From: an uncultured Gemmatimonadota bacterium
GTDB taxonomy: Bacteria; Gemmatimonadota; Gemmatimonadetes; Palauibacterales; Palauibacteraceae
Length of the DNA stretch: 64,000 bases
NCBI GenBank assembly: GCA_964509895.1
Contig: CAZDZJ010000132.1
Span: forward strand, 18,269 to 82,268
Direction of reading: 5' to 3'
Shown: positions 8,794-17,506 of the stretch, piece by piece
Layout of the letters: every line of letters starts with the position of its first letter
Position numbering within the stretch: the first letter of the stretch is position 1
The notes under the pieces: generated by a model
Database searches by the model: none
What the model was told of the DNA's origin: nothing
The model's input: the letters and a program-made list of their open reading frames with translations, nothing else
Made by a program: the position numbers and the translations under genes

Positions 8794-10092
8794 ATGACCG
8801 TCCTGGCGCGGCGTCTGACCGATCTGGGGACCGAAAACGCGTTCAAGGTCAACGACGACATCCAGGTGTGTCTCGACCGCGGGATGGACGTCATCCGTTT
8901 CAACATCGGGGCGCCGGACTTCCGAAGCGCGCCTCACCTCAATCGGGTCGCCGTATCCGAACTCGAGGCCGGGAACTCGGGGTACTGCGATGCGGCGGGA
9001 CTCCCGTCCTTCCGCGCGGCGATCGCGCGTCACGTCTCGACGACTCGAGGGATCGAGGCGGGCCCGGATCAGGTCGTCGTCACCCCCGGGGCCAAACCGC
9101 CCATCGGCTACACCTTCCAGACCTATGTGGACCGCGGCGACGAGGTCGTCTATCCGAGTCCCGGATTCCCCATCTACGAGTCCTGGGCCACGTTCGTGGG
9201 GGCGCGTCCCGTGCCCCTGCACCTCTCCGAGGAAAAGGGGTTCGCGTTCACGGCGGACGACCTCGGGGCGCTGCTCACCGAGCGAACCCGCCTCATCATC
9301 CTCTGCTCGCCCTCCAATCCGACCGGGGGCGTGCTCTCGGCCGAAGATCTTGCCGGCATCGCGGCGGTGATCCGCGAACGCTGCCACCCGGACGTGCGGA
9401 TCTATTCGGACGAGATCTACGAACACATTCTCTTTGACGATCTGGAGCACCAGAGCATCGCGTCGCACGCGGGCATGGCGGAGAGAACGGTCATCGCGAG
9501 CGGCCATTCGAAGGGGTTCGCCATGACGGGGTGGCGCTTGGGCTGGGCCGTCCTGCCGACACCGGAGGAGGCCGGCGTCTTCAAGAATCTGAACATCAAC
9601 ATCATGTCCTGCGTGCCGCCCTTCCTCCAGGAAGGGGGCCGGGCGGCGTACGAGGATCCGGCCACGGCCGACGTTGTGGCCCACATGGTGGGAGAGTTCG
9701 AGCGGCGGAGGGACTACATCGTGCCCGCGCTCAATGCGATCGACGGCCTGAGTTGCCGGCTGCCGAAGGGGGCGTTCTACGTCTTCCCGAACGTGTCGGG
9801 CATGTGCGACCGGCTGGGTGTGTTCGAGTCGTACGACGCCATGCCCCCGGAGTCCCGGGCTCGCACGACGCCCTCGGGCATGCTCCAGATGTTCCTCCTC
9901 TACCGGTACGGCGTGGCCACGATGGACCGGGCCTCCTTCTGCCGCATCGGCTCCAGGGGCCAGCACTTCCTCCGCATTTCCATCGCGAACGGCATGGAGG
10001 ACATCGAACGCGGCGTGTCGCGCATCGAGCGGGCCGCCGACGACCCGGACGGATTCAGGGAGTTTGTGGCCACCGAGAGATTGTGGGACTGA
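8794..10092 (+). CDS. Class I/II pyridoxal-phosphate aminotransferase
   Basis: ATG at 8794 (MTVLARRL...). Motifs NPTGG, the PLP-lysine motif SGHSKGFAMTGWRLGW, and FLRIS near the C-terminus. Confidence 0.85.
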   Translation: MTVLARRLTDLGTENAFKVNDDIQVCLDRGMDVIRFNIGAPDFRSAPHLNRVAVSELEAGNSGYCDAAGLPSFRAAIARHVSTTRGIEAGPDQVVVTPGAKPPIGYTFQTYVDRGDEVVYPSPGFPIYESWATFVGARPVPLHLSEEKGFAFTADDLGALLTERTRLIILCSPSNPTGGVLSAEDLAGIAAVIRERCHPDVRIYSDEIYEHILFDDLEHQSIASHAGMAERTVIASGHSKGFAMTGWRLGWAVLPTPEEAGVFKNLNINIMSCVPPFLQEGGRAAYEDPATADVVAHMVGEFERRRDYIVPALNAIDGLSCRLPKGAFYVFPNVSGMCDRLGVFESYDAMPPESRARTTPSGMLQMFLLYRYGVATMDRASFCRIGSRGQHFLRISIANGMEDIERGVSRIERAADDPDGFREFVATERLWD

Positions 10093-11003
10093 AGTCCGCG
10101 GTCGCGGCACTGTGGCTGGCCGTGGGCGCGAGTGCCGCGGAGGCCCAGCCCCGCTCCGCCGTGTATGCGGGTCTGGTACTCGAAGCTCCCGCCGGCATCG
10201 AGGCTGCGGCTTTCGGAAACGCGCCCTATCTCCTTGGCGGCGGGGCCGAGTTGATCTTCTATGCCCCCGCCCTGATCGACCGCGCCGCCGGGATGGCGGC
10301 GGGTCTCCAGCGCTACGGCTCCGAAGGAACGCTGGTCACGCTCGCCGGCACGGGATCGGTGGGACTCGGCGACTTGGCGGCCGGCCTCCGGTACCTCCGC
10401 TACAACACCGAGAGACTCCCCGGTGCGCCGGACCTTCAGTTCCCGGCCGCTACGCCGGACGGCCCGCCGCTGACCGAGTTCGTCGCCTCGCTCGGCCATG
10501 CGCGAGAGCTGTTCGGTGCGGTAGGAGCGGGCGTCGTTGCGACGTACCTGGAGTATCAGTTCGTCAGCCGGACGGAGCGTACGGCCCTGCTGGACTTCGG
10601 CCTCGCGCGCGAGTTCGGACCGACGATGGTCAGTCTCACCGCCCGCAACCTGGGACCGAACCTGAAACTCAGAGGCCGAGAACTCACGATCCCGACGCAG
10701 TTCACCCTGGGGATCTCGACAGAGAGCTTCGAGGTCGGGGAACTCGACATGTTCCTCACCAGCCAGATCGCCCGGAGGCGGGATGGCGAGATCGTCCCAG
10801 CCGGCGGCGTCGAGGTCTCCTACTGGCCCGTTCAGGGCTACACCTTCCGCCTCCGGGCCGGACTCCAGCGCGTCGTCGAGGACAGGAGGAGCCCGTTCAC
10901 CTTCGGCTTCGCGTTCACGGGTGACGCCCTGACGCTCGAATACGCCTTCCAAGCGTTCGATGCGGACGGAAACGCGCACCGCTTCGGCCTCAGCTTCCGC
11001 TGA
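10083..11003 (+). CDS. Putative outer-membrane beta-barrel protein
   Basis: An in-frame GTG at 10083 overlaps the aminotransferase stop. The signal peptide is LKSAVAALWLAVGASAAEAQ. The body has alternating-hydrophobic strand patterns and an aromatic-rich C-terminus (HRFGLSFR). No family was recognised. Confidence 0.5.
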   Translation: MGLKSAVAALWLAVGASAAEAQPRSAVYAGLVLEAPAGIEAAAFGNAPYLLGGGAELIFYAPALIDRAAGMAAGLQRYGSEGTLVTLAGTGSVGLGDLAAGLRYLRYNTERLPGAPDLQFPAATPDGPPLTEFVASLGHARELFGAVGAGVVATYLEYQFVSRTERTALLDFGLAREFGPTMVSLTARNLGPNLKLRGRELTIPTQFTLGISTESFEVGELDMFLTSQIARRRDGEIVPAGGVEVSYWPVQGYTFRLRAGLQRVVEDRRSPFTFGFAFTGDALTLEYAFQAFDADGNAHRFGLSFR

Positions 11004-11012
11004 CGGCCCACG

Positions 11013-11822
11013 ATGATCGAGACCCGCGGGCTTACGCGGCACTTCGGGGAGACGAAGGCGGTCGAGGACCTCGATCTTCGTGTCGAACCCGGTGAGATCC
11101 TCGGTCTCCTCGGCCCCAACGGCGCCGGCAAGACGACGACCGTGAAGGTTCTTACCTGCATGATCAAGCCGACGAGCGGTGCCGCTTCGGTGGCGGGGTT
11201 CGACGTGGAGGCGGACCCGCTGGAGGTCAAACGCCGGATCGGCTACGTGCCGGAGGCCGGGGCGCTCTACGAAACGCTGACCGCCGGCGAGTACCTGACG
11301 ATGGTCGCGAACCTCAGAGGCATCGACGGGCGGACCGCCGACCGGAAGATCAACGAACTGCTGGACCTCTTCGACATCCTCGATGCGAGGGATCGGCGCC
11401 TGGCCGGGCACTCCAAGGGGATGCGCCAGAAGGTCCTGATCAGCGCCGCGTTGATGGGCAATCCCGAGGTGCTCTTCCTCGATGAGCCGCTGAGCGGGAT
11501 CGACGCGAACGCGGCGCTCGTGGTGAAGCAGTTGCTGCGCGAACTCGCCGCCAAGGGCCGGACGATTCTGTTCTGCTCCCACATTCTCGAGGTCGTGGAG
11601 CGAATCTGCACTCGCATCGTGATCGTCGACGCGGGCCGAAAGATCATCGAGGGCGCACCCGACCGGATCGCCGCCGAAGCGGGTACCGACAGCCTCGAGG
11701 CGGCGTTCGCGCAGCTCACCGGCGTCCGCGACGCGGGCGACGTCACACGGGACCTGCTCAGGGCGCTCGAAGACGGCGCGGGTTCCACCGGCACGCCGCC
11801 TCCCACCGACGATCCGTCTTGA
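11013..11822 (+). CDS. ABC transporter ATP-binding protein
   Basis: Walker A is GPNGAGKTT, the signature-like motif is HSKGMRQK, Walker B is VLFLDEP, and the H-loop is CSHIL. Confidence 0.9.
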   Translation: MIETRGLTRHFGETKAVEDLDLRVEPGEILGLLGPNGAGKTTTVKVLTCMIKPTSGAASVAGFDVEADPLEVKRRIGYVPEAGALYETLTAGEYLTMVANLRGIDGRTADRKINELLDLFDILDARDRRLAGHSKGMRQKVLISAALMGNPEVLFLDEPLSGIDANAALVVKQLLRELAAKGRTILFCSHILEVVERICTRIVIVDAGRKIIEGAPDRIAAEAGTDSLEAAFAQLTGVRDAGDVTRDLLRALEDGAGSTGTPPPTDDPS

Positions 11823-13471
11823 ACGTCCCGGAACGGTTCGGCAGGTGGTTCGCAGAAGCGCTCGGCGCGGACTACACGCAATGGCGCGTACTCACATCGG
11901 TGATGCTCAAGACCGATTTCCGGTCGCCCTCGGTCATGCGGATGGGGTCTCCTCAGGAATCAACGAGCTCCGCTACGGTGTGGCTTCCGGTGCTCATGTA
12001 CGGCCTGTTCGGCCTCTACACCGCGCTCGTGGCTTTCGTCCTGCGGGACCTGTTTCTTGCCGGCGTGTGGGCGTTGTCGATGGTCGGGCTCACCGTCGCC
12101 ATGGCGATACTCGTGGAATATCGATCCGTCGTCATTTCTCCGGACGACTACGAAATCCTCGCCCACCAGCCCGTCTCATCGCGAACGTACTTCATCGTCA
12201 AGCTCACCAACCTCCTCGTGTACGCGGGCGGCATCGGCGTGCTGGTGGGCGGACCGACCTGCATCGCTCTCGCCATCAATCACGATCCGACCGCCGTGCT
12301 GGCCTGGCCACCGGTGCTGGTCGCGGCGAGCGCATGGACCGCCCTCCTCATGGTGTTCGTGTACGTCGGGCTGTTGCGCGTGGTGCGCCCCGAACGGCTG
12401 GGTCGGATCCTCTCGTATGTGCAACTGTTGCTCGGCACGCTCGTCATGGCGGCACCGCTACTCGTCCCGGAACTGGCCGATCGTCTGGAGATGCTGGAGA
12501 TCGAGCCATCCCCCGCCATGTTCATCCTTCCCGCCGCCTGGTTTGCGAGCGTCCTTACGCTGGCCGCGGGAGAGTGGAGCACTCCGGGTGCCCTCGCCGC
12601 GTTCACCGCGGGAGTCAGCACCGCCGGTCTCCTCTACGCCGTGGGGCGGCGCCTCTCGCTCTCCTATGCCGAGCGCCTGGGCGCCCTGCTCTCCACCGCG
12701 GATTCCCGCCGGAGTCGCAGCCGGGAGGGGCGCTCTCCTGGGCGAGCCGCGCGAGGCGGCCGCTTGCCCGCCGAAATGCGTGCCGTAGCGACGTTGCTGC
12801 GGGGAAATTTCAGATACGATTTGAACTTCCGGCTTGGCGTGCTGAGCATCCTGCCGATGACGCTCCTCTACCTGTACCTGTCGTTGCGCGACGGCCCCCT
12901 GCCCGATCCGTTCGTCGACCTCGGGTTCGGAGCCGGCGGCCTGTGGCTGCTGCACCTGCTGGCTGTCGCCGGCCCGCAGTGGCTTCTCGAGAGCCTGTTC
13001 CGCAGCCCTTCGTTTCGGGCCGCCTGGATCTTCTTCACGGCGCCTGTCGACCTGGCCAGGCTCGTAGTCCATACGGGCCACTGCATCGCGGTCTTCGCGC
13101 TCCTGCCGTACGTCGTGGTTCTCGGCGGGATCTTCGCGTGGGCCTTCGGGGATGTCCCGCACGCGGTCGCGCACGCAGCCGTCATCGGACTGATCTCGAA
13201 CCTGGCGATCCAGGCCCGGCTGATGTTCTCGCCGCGCCTGCCCTTTTCAGAGCCATTCGTGAAGGGCGGATTCAACGCCAACGTGCTCCTGGGCATGGTG
13301 GGATTCGGGCTCCTGGTCGGGCTCCTCCCCCTCCCGCTCCGCTTCGCCTACGCCAGCACGGGCGCGACGATCGCGACTTTCCTGTTGCTTGCCGTCGCGA
13401 ACGCAAGCCTGCCCCTGATCGCCGCGCGCCGGATCGGCCCGCGTCTCCGCCGACTCGAGTTCACGGGGTGA
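11819..13471 (+). CDS. Polytopic membrane protein, putative ABC exporter permease
   Basis: There is a 4-nt overlap with the ABC ATPase stop. The 550-aa protein has two blocks of about 5-6 hydrophobic helices separated by an Arg/Ser-rich loop. It resembles 'putative ABC exporter' permeases, but that assignment is an inference. Confidence 0.6.
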   Translation: MNVPERFGRWFAEALGADYTQWRVLTSVMLKTDFRSPSVMRMGSPQESTSSATVWLPVLMYGLFGLYTALVAFVLRDLFLAGVWALSMVGLTVAMAILVEYRSVVISPDDYEILAHQPVSSRTYFIVKLTNLLVYAGGIGVLVGGPTCIALAINHDPTAVLAWPPVLVAASAWTALLMVFVYVGLLRVVRPERLGRILSYVQLLLGTLVMAAPLLVPELADRLEMLEIEPSPAMFILPAAWFASVLTLAAGEWSTPGALAAFTAGVSTAGLLYAVGRRLSLSYAERLGALLSTADSRRSRSREGRSPGRAARGGRLPAEMRAVATLLRGNFRYDLNFRLGVLSILPMTLLYLYLSLRDGPLPDPFVDLGFGAGGLWLLHLLAVAGPQWLLESLFRSPSFRAAWIFFTAPVDLARLVVHTGHCIAVFALLPYVVVLGGIFAWAFGDVPHAVAHAAVIGLISNLAIQARLMFSPRLPFSEPFVKGGFNANVLLGMVGFGLLVGLLPLPLRFAYASTGATIATFLLLAVANASLPLIAARRIGPRLRRLEFTG

Positions 13472-13487
13472 CCCCGCCGCGGCGGGG
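13472..13487. terminator. GC palindrome between convergent genes (candidate terminator)
   Basis: ccccgccgcggcgggg is perfectly self-complementary. It lies between the stop at 13471 (+) and the stop at 13494 (-). There is no U-tract. Confidence 0.3.
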
Positions 13488-13493
13488 GCGAGG

Positions 13494-14141
13494 TCAGGTT
13501 TCCTGCTCGCCCGTGTAGAACGCGGTCACGCGGTCCGCCGCCGCTCGGGCGGCTGCTTCGTCGGTCCCGAGTGCGATGGAGGCGGCGCACCAGGCATCGC
13601 TGCTTCGTCGGGCGAAGTCCCGCCCCTCGGCCGATGCGATCCATGCCTCCGCCGTCTCCGGGACGACCGCGGGCTCCGAAGCGAAGTGCTCGTCGAGGCC
13701 GAACAGCGCCATGTCCCAGCCGATACCGACGGCGCCCGGCCCGAACTCCTCCCAGAACTCCGTCGGGAAGTCCGCGAGGTGCTCGAGGCACACCTCCGTA
13801 CGGCGCTCCGACAGTTCCGAGAGGGTCACCGTCACCCAGCTGACGTCTCCGTGCATGCGCCACGTCAGCCCGAAGTGCCCGGGCGGTTCGCACCCCGTGA
13901 TTTCGCCGCCCGCGTTCCCCACCAGCTGGTAGCTGCCGCCGAGTCGCAGTTCACCGGAAATCGGGAGGAACCATTTCGGGATCCGGGCCGCGTTCGTCAG
14001 CGCGTCCCACAGCTCCTCCCGACCCCCACTGCATACCCGTACCGAGACGAGCGCGTGGACAGAGCGGCCTTCGTGCTCGCGGCGCCCGAGTTCGCGCCGG
14101 ACCGAGCCCCCTCCGGTCGATACGTCGGTTCCCCCCGCCAT
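13494..14141 (-). CDS. SRPBCC/AHSA1-like (START-fold) protein
   Basis: ATG at 14141 overlaps the upstream stop by 1 nt (TGATG). The motifs VSVRVCSGGREELWDALTNAARIPKWF and GHFGLTWRM are typical of Aha1/polyketide-cyclase-like SRPBCC domains. Confidence 0.7.
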   Translation of the reverse strand: MAGGTDVSTGGGSVRRELGRREHEGRSVHALVSVRVCSGGREELWDALTNAARIPKWFLPISGELRLGGSYQLVGNAGGEITGCEPPGHFGLTWRMHGDVSWVTVTLSELSERRTEVCLEHLADFPTEFWEEFGPGAVGIGWDMALFGLDEHFASEPAVVPETAEAWIASAEGRDFARRSSDAWCAASIALGTDEAAARAAADRVTAFYTGEQET

Positions 14142-16036
14142 CAGCGTATCGAGAAGCCGATGTCGTCCACGACGACGGTGCCGGCGGGTGTGAGGTCGAA
14201 GAGGAGTCGGATCTCGCGGGGTTCGGCCGGGTCGAAGGAGGGGTTCGCCTCGACGAGATCGGCGAGCGGGATGGAGAACGACTGCAGGACCAGCTCCCAC
14301 TGGTTGTCGAACGACTCCGCATCGTTGCGCCGCCGTACCACGGTCTCGAGCGGTCGCCGGATCGGCCCGTAGTCCGACAGGCGTACACTCGCCGACTCGC
14401 CCCCGGCGTCCGTCACCACGACGGACAGATCCACCGGCCCGTCGTCCTCGTCCCGACGATCATCGTCTCGGCGGAACCCGGCGTCGTCTCCGGCGCCGGC
14501 GGAGTCTCCCTCGTCATCGTTGTCCGATCCTCGAGGGGAGGGGCGACCCTCCACCGCTCCAAGTTGCAGGTCCAGACGGGAGGCGGAGTCCACGCCCCAC
14601 GACGCGGCCAGCCCGTCAGGAAGCGAGATCGCGTAGCTCGCGGGCGTCCGCCGCGCTTCGCCGTCTCCCGGCACTCCGTTGTTCCAGCCCAGCCAGAGCG
14701 CGTTGTTGTCCTGCGAACTCGACGTTGTGGGCCGGTTCCGAGAACGGAGGTCGAGGAGGTTCTCCCGCCACGTCCCGAGCGAATCTCCTTTCAGCGTCAC
14801 GCCCGGAGCGGTGCCCGTCGTGAGGTCGATGTCCTCCTCGAACGACGCGAGCGCCCGGAAGCCGCTCGACTCGAACTGCGTGATGTACATCGTCCGCGGG
14901 AGCCAGCCGCCGATCGTGCGATGGTCCCGGAACATCGGCATGTAGTCGGGACGGTCGCGCAGCGTGGTCTCGAGAAAGGCGGAGATGTAGATCTTTCCGA
15001 ACTCCCGCTGCGCTTCGCTGTCTATGAGTCCGCGCAAGTCGAGACGCCGCGCGCTGCGCGGTCCATTATCCTTGTTCCCCCACACCGTGTTCCACTGTCC
15101 GTGATTGGCCCGGTACATGTAGATCGCGGTCTTGAAATAGTCGCCGCCGTCGGTGAAATCGAGCCGGTTGTAGAGCCGCAGACCGTGGAAGCTCGTGACG
15201 TCCCCGTCGTGCGAGCCATGGAACACCATGTAGTTGACGTTCTCGACGGGGACGAGCCGGCCGGTGGGCAGGTACTGTCCGTCCACCGGCGCGATCGCGA
15301 TGATCGCGCGGATCCCGTGATCGAAGTCGAATTCGAGGGAGGCGTCGTCGGGATACCGGGACAGCCGGTTGAAGGCTGCGGCGTGTCCCACGGCTTCGCC
15401 CCCGCGGGAGTGCCCGATGAGCGCGATGCGGTCGAAGTCGATCTTCCCGTGGAAGGGCGTGGACTCATCGGCCGCGAACTGCCTGAACGCGTCGATGTGC
15501 TTGAGGAGGAACCAGCCGCGCCCGTCGTTCTCGTTGCGGATGCCTCCGTTGATGAAGTTCATGTCGACGGAGGCGAAGACGTATCCGCGGCTGGCCAGGA
15601 GTTCGCCGAGATAGCCGTACCCGGGGTCGGAGAAGTCCTTCATGTCGTGGTTCCCGTGGACGATGAGGACCAGCGGGAAGGGGCCGTCGCCCTCGGGATA
15701 CCATGCGCGGCCGTTGATGGGGAACTCTTTCGGCGTGAACCCCCAGTAGCCGTTCCGTTCGTCGGCGGACGCGCCCAGCGAGACGAGCTTGGAGGCGTCG
15801 ACCGTCTCCGTCACGATCGACACCGAATCCCGGTACTCGGGACGGCGGCTGTCGGTGCCGCTCCCGTAGTAGAGGCGGGAAACGCGGTAGGGCCCGGGCA
15901 GGGCCGGATGCTCGGCGTCCAGCGACTGTGAGGCCAGCACCGTGGCGTGGTCCGAAGGGGTGAGTTGCAGCGGGCCGTAACAGCCCGAAACGGCTACCAC
16001 GGCGGCGATGAGAGCGAGAGCCGCCATCGGGACCAT
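14141..16036 (-). CDS. Alpha/beta-hydrolase lipoprotein with a C-terminal beta-rich domain
   Basis: ATG at 16036 and a lipobox, AVVAVSGC. The nucleophile elbow is GHSRGG, and LVLIVHGNHD is an oxyanion-region-like segment. The roughly 300-aa C-terminal extension contains an acidic stretch (DNDDEGDSAGAGDD...DDDRRDEDD). Confidence 0.75.
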   Translation of the reverse strand: MVPMAALALIAAVVAVSGCYGPLQLTPSDHATVLASQSLDAEHPALPGPYRVSRLYYGSGTDSRRPEYRDSVSIVTETVDASKLVSLGASADERNGYWGFTPKEFPINGRAWYPEGDGPFPLVLIVHGNHDMKDFSDPGYGYLGELLASRGYVFASVDMNFINGGIRNENDGRGWFLLKHIDAFRQFAADESTPFHGKIDFDRIALIGHSRGGEAVGHAAAFNRLSRYPDDASLEFDFDHGIRAIIAIAPVDGQYLPTGRLVPVENVNYMVFHGSHDGDVTSFHGLRLYNRLDFTDGGDYFKTAIYMYRANHGQWNTVWGNKDNGPRSARRLDLRGLIDSEAQREFGKIYISAFLETTLRDRPDYMPMFRDHRTIGGWLPRTMYITQFESSGFRALASFEEDIDLTTGTAPGVTLKGDSLGTWRENLLDLRSRNRPTTSSSQDNNALWLGWNNGVPGDGEARRTPASYAISLPDGLAASWGVDSASRLDLQLGAVEGRPSPRGSDNDDEGDSAGAGDDAGFRRDDDRRDEDDGPVDLSVVVTDAGGESASVRLSDYGPIRRPLETVVRRRNDAESFDNQWELVLQSFSIPLADLVEANPSFDPAEPREIRLLFDLTPAGTVVVDDIGFSIR

Positions 16037-16047
16037 CCGCCGCTGGA

Positions 16048-17379
16048 TCAACCGCCCAGGTCCTCCAGGTCGGGGTCCAGGGCCGCCCCCGGGTCTCGTC
16101 CCTCCGGCCCTTCGAGTGAGAACCTGAACTGTTCCGCCAGTTCCGGGTCGTCTTCGATCTCCAGGACGCGCTTGGCGATGTATTCGCCGAGCACCGGCCC
16201 CTGCTTGAAGGATTCGGCGGTGCCCAGGCCCGCGAGCCACACGTTGTCGAAGTCGGGGTGCTTGTCGATGAGGAAGTTGCGGCTGGGGCCGAAGCAGTAG
16301 TGGCAGGCGCGGGTCTCGTTCACGGCCGCGCCGACCATGTCCGGGAAATACCGCTCGAGGATCTCGCGCGGCCGCTCGTGAGCCTCCGGTGGCACCCAGC
16401 GGTCGCTCGTGTCCGGGTCGTCGCCCCGCTGACCCCCGGTCCGCACCCGGAACCCGCGGTGGTCCGGGCCCAGAGCGGGCCAGCCCGTACAACCCGGGAC
16501 CCCGTAGCTCGGCATGTTCGGGAACATGAAGCGCCCGTCGGGCACCGCGAAGTAGAACACGTTGCCGACCGGGATCCGGACCCGGTCCTCGAACAGTTCC
16601 GGGAATGTCTTCCCGATCCACGGCCCGACCGCGAAGACGAAGGTGGAGGCGGACAGCGATTCATCGGCGCCGATGGCGACGTCATTCAGGCGTCGGCCGT
16701 CCGCCTGTCCGAGGCCGGCGCGTGCGATCCGGATCTCGCCACCCTCCATCTCGAAGCGCTTCGCCACCGATTCGATCGCCCGGCGCGCCCGCACGACCCC
16801 CGCGTTGGGCTCAAAGAGCCCCACGGAGACTTCATCGGTCCGGATCCAGGGCCACCGGTGGCCGATCTCGTCTCCGTCGAGCAGTTCGTATTCGACTCCG
16901 AGTTCATCCCACTGCGCCATGGTCCCTTCGATGTACGGGACCATCTCCTCGCGCATGATGAGGTCGCCCGACTGGTAGAAGACCCTCGGCAGGAGCAGCT
17001 CCTGTCCCTCCTCATCCCACTGGATCCAGCGCCGGATGGCCTCGTTCGCCCATCGGTTCCACTGGAATCCCTCGGGGCGATCGCCATAGGAGGAGCGAAC
17101 GCCGCGGGTCTCGCCCCCGGATGTCGAGCGGGAGTTCCCGGGCCCGTACGCGTCGAGGACCGTCACCGTGGCTCCGAGGCGGACGAGGTTGAGCGCCGTC
17201 CAGATGCCGAAGTTCCCGGCGCCCACCACGACGATGTCCGGGGGCTGTCCGGAACGCCGCCGCAGGGGAGTCGAACGCGAGGGAGGAGGCGCGCCGAAGA
17301 GAGGGTCCGCCCGCCCGAAGGACAGTCCCGCCGCCCCGGCCGTCGCAGCTCTCAGAAAATCGCGTCGATCGATCGCCAA
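16048..17379 (-). CDS. FAD-dependent oxidoreductase (DAO/sarcosine-oxidase-like) with a Tat signal
   Basis: The twin-arginine motif is MAIDRRDFLRAATAGAAGL. The dinucleotide-binding motif is DIVVVGAGNFG. Confidence 0.85.
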   Translation of the reverse strand: MAIDRRDFLRAATAGAAGLSFGRADPLFGAPPPSRSTPLRRRSGQPPDIVVVGAGNFGIWTALNLVRLGATVTVLDAYGPGNSRSTSGGETRGVRSSYGDRPEGFQWNRWANEAIRRWIQWDEEGQELLLPRVFYQSGDLIMREEMVPYIEGTMAQWDELGVEYELLDGDEIGHRWPWIRTDEVSVGLFEPNAGVVRARRAIESVAKRFEMEGGEIRIARAGLGQADGRRLNDVAIGADESLSASTFVFAVGPWIGKTFPELFEDRVRIPVGNVFYFAVPDGRFMFPNMPSYGVPGCTGWPALGPDHRGFRVRTGGQRGDDPDTSDRWVPPEAHERPREILERYFPDMVGAAVNETRACHYCFGPSRNFLIDKHPDFDNVWLAGLGTAESFKQGPVLGEYIAKRVLEIEDDPELAEQFRFSLEGPEGRDPGAALDPDLEDLGG

Positions 17380-17506
17380 GTGGGCCGTCCCCCTCCGGAA
17401 CGAGTCAATCCGGGCTCAAAGCTGTCCCGCGCTTCGAACCCCGGGCAAGCGCGGCGCCGTGACCACCCGCCTTGTAACAAACAGGGCGGTCGCTCGTGGC
17501 GCTGCG

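Noticed and set aside
16037-16621. An upstream extension of the hydrolase ORF (the 826-aa ORF-track entry) that overlaps the FAD oxidoreductase gene.
   Set aside because: The extension is out-of-frame read-through of the oxidoreductase 3' region. The ATG at 16036 gives a lipobox (VAVSGC) and lies 11 nt after the upstream stop.
17466-17489. A hairpin, cccgccttg-taacaaa-cagggcgg, between the M1 peptidase stop and the FAD-oxidoreductase start. I considered it as an intercistronic terminator.
   Set aside because: The stem includes a wobble or mismatch, and no U-tract follows it on the minus strand. I cannot tell a terminator from a chance structure without folding energies or transcript data.
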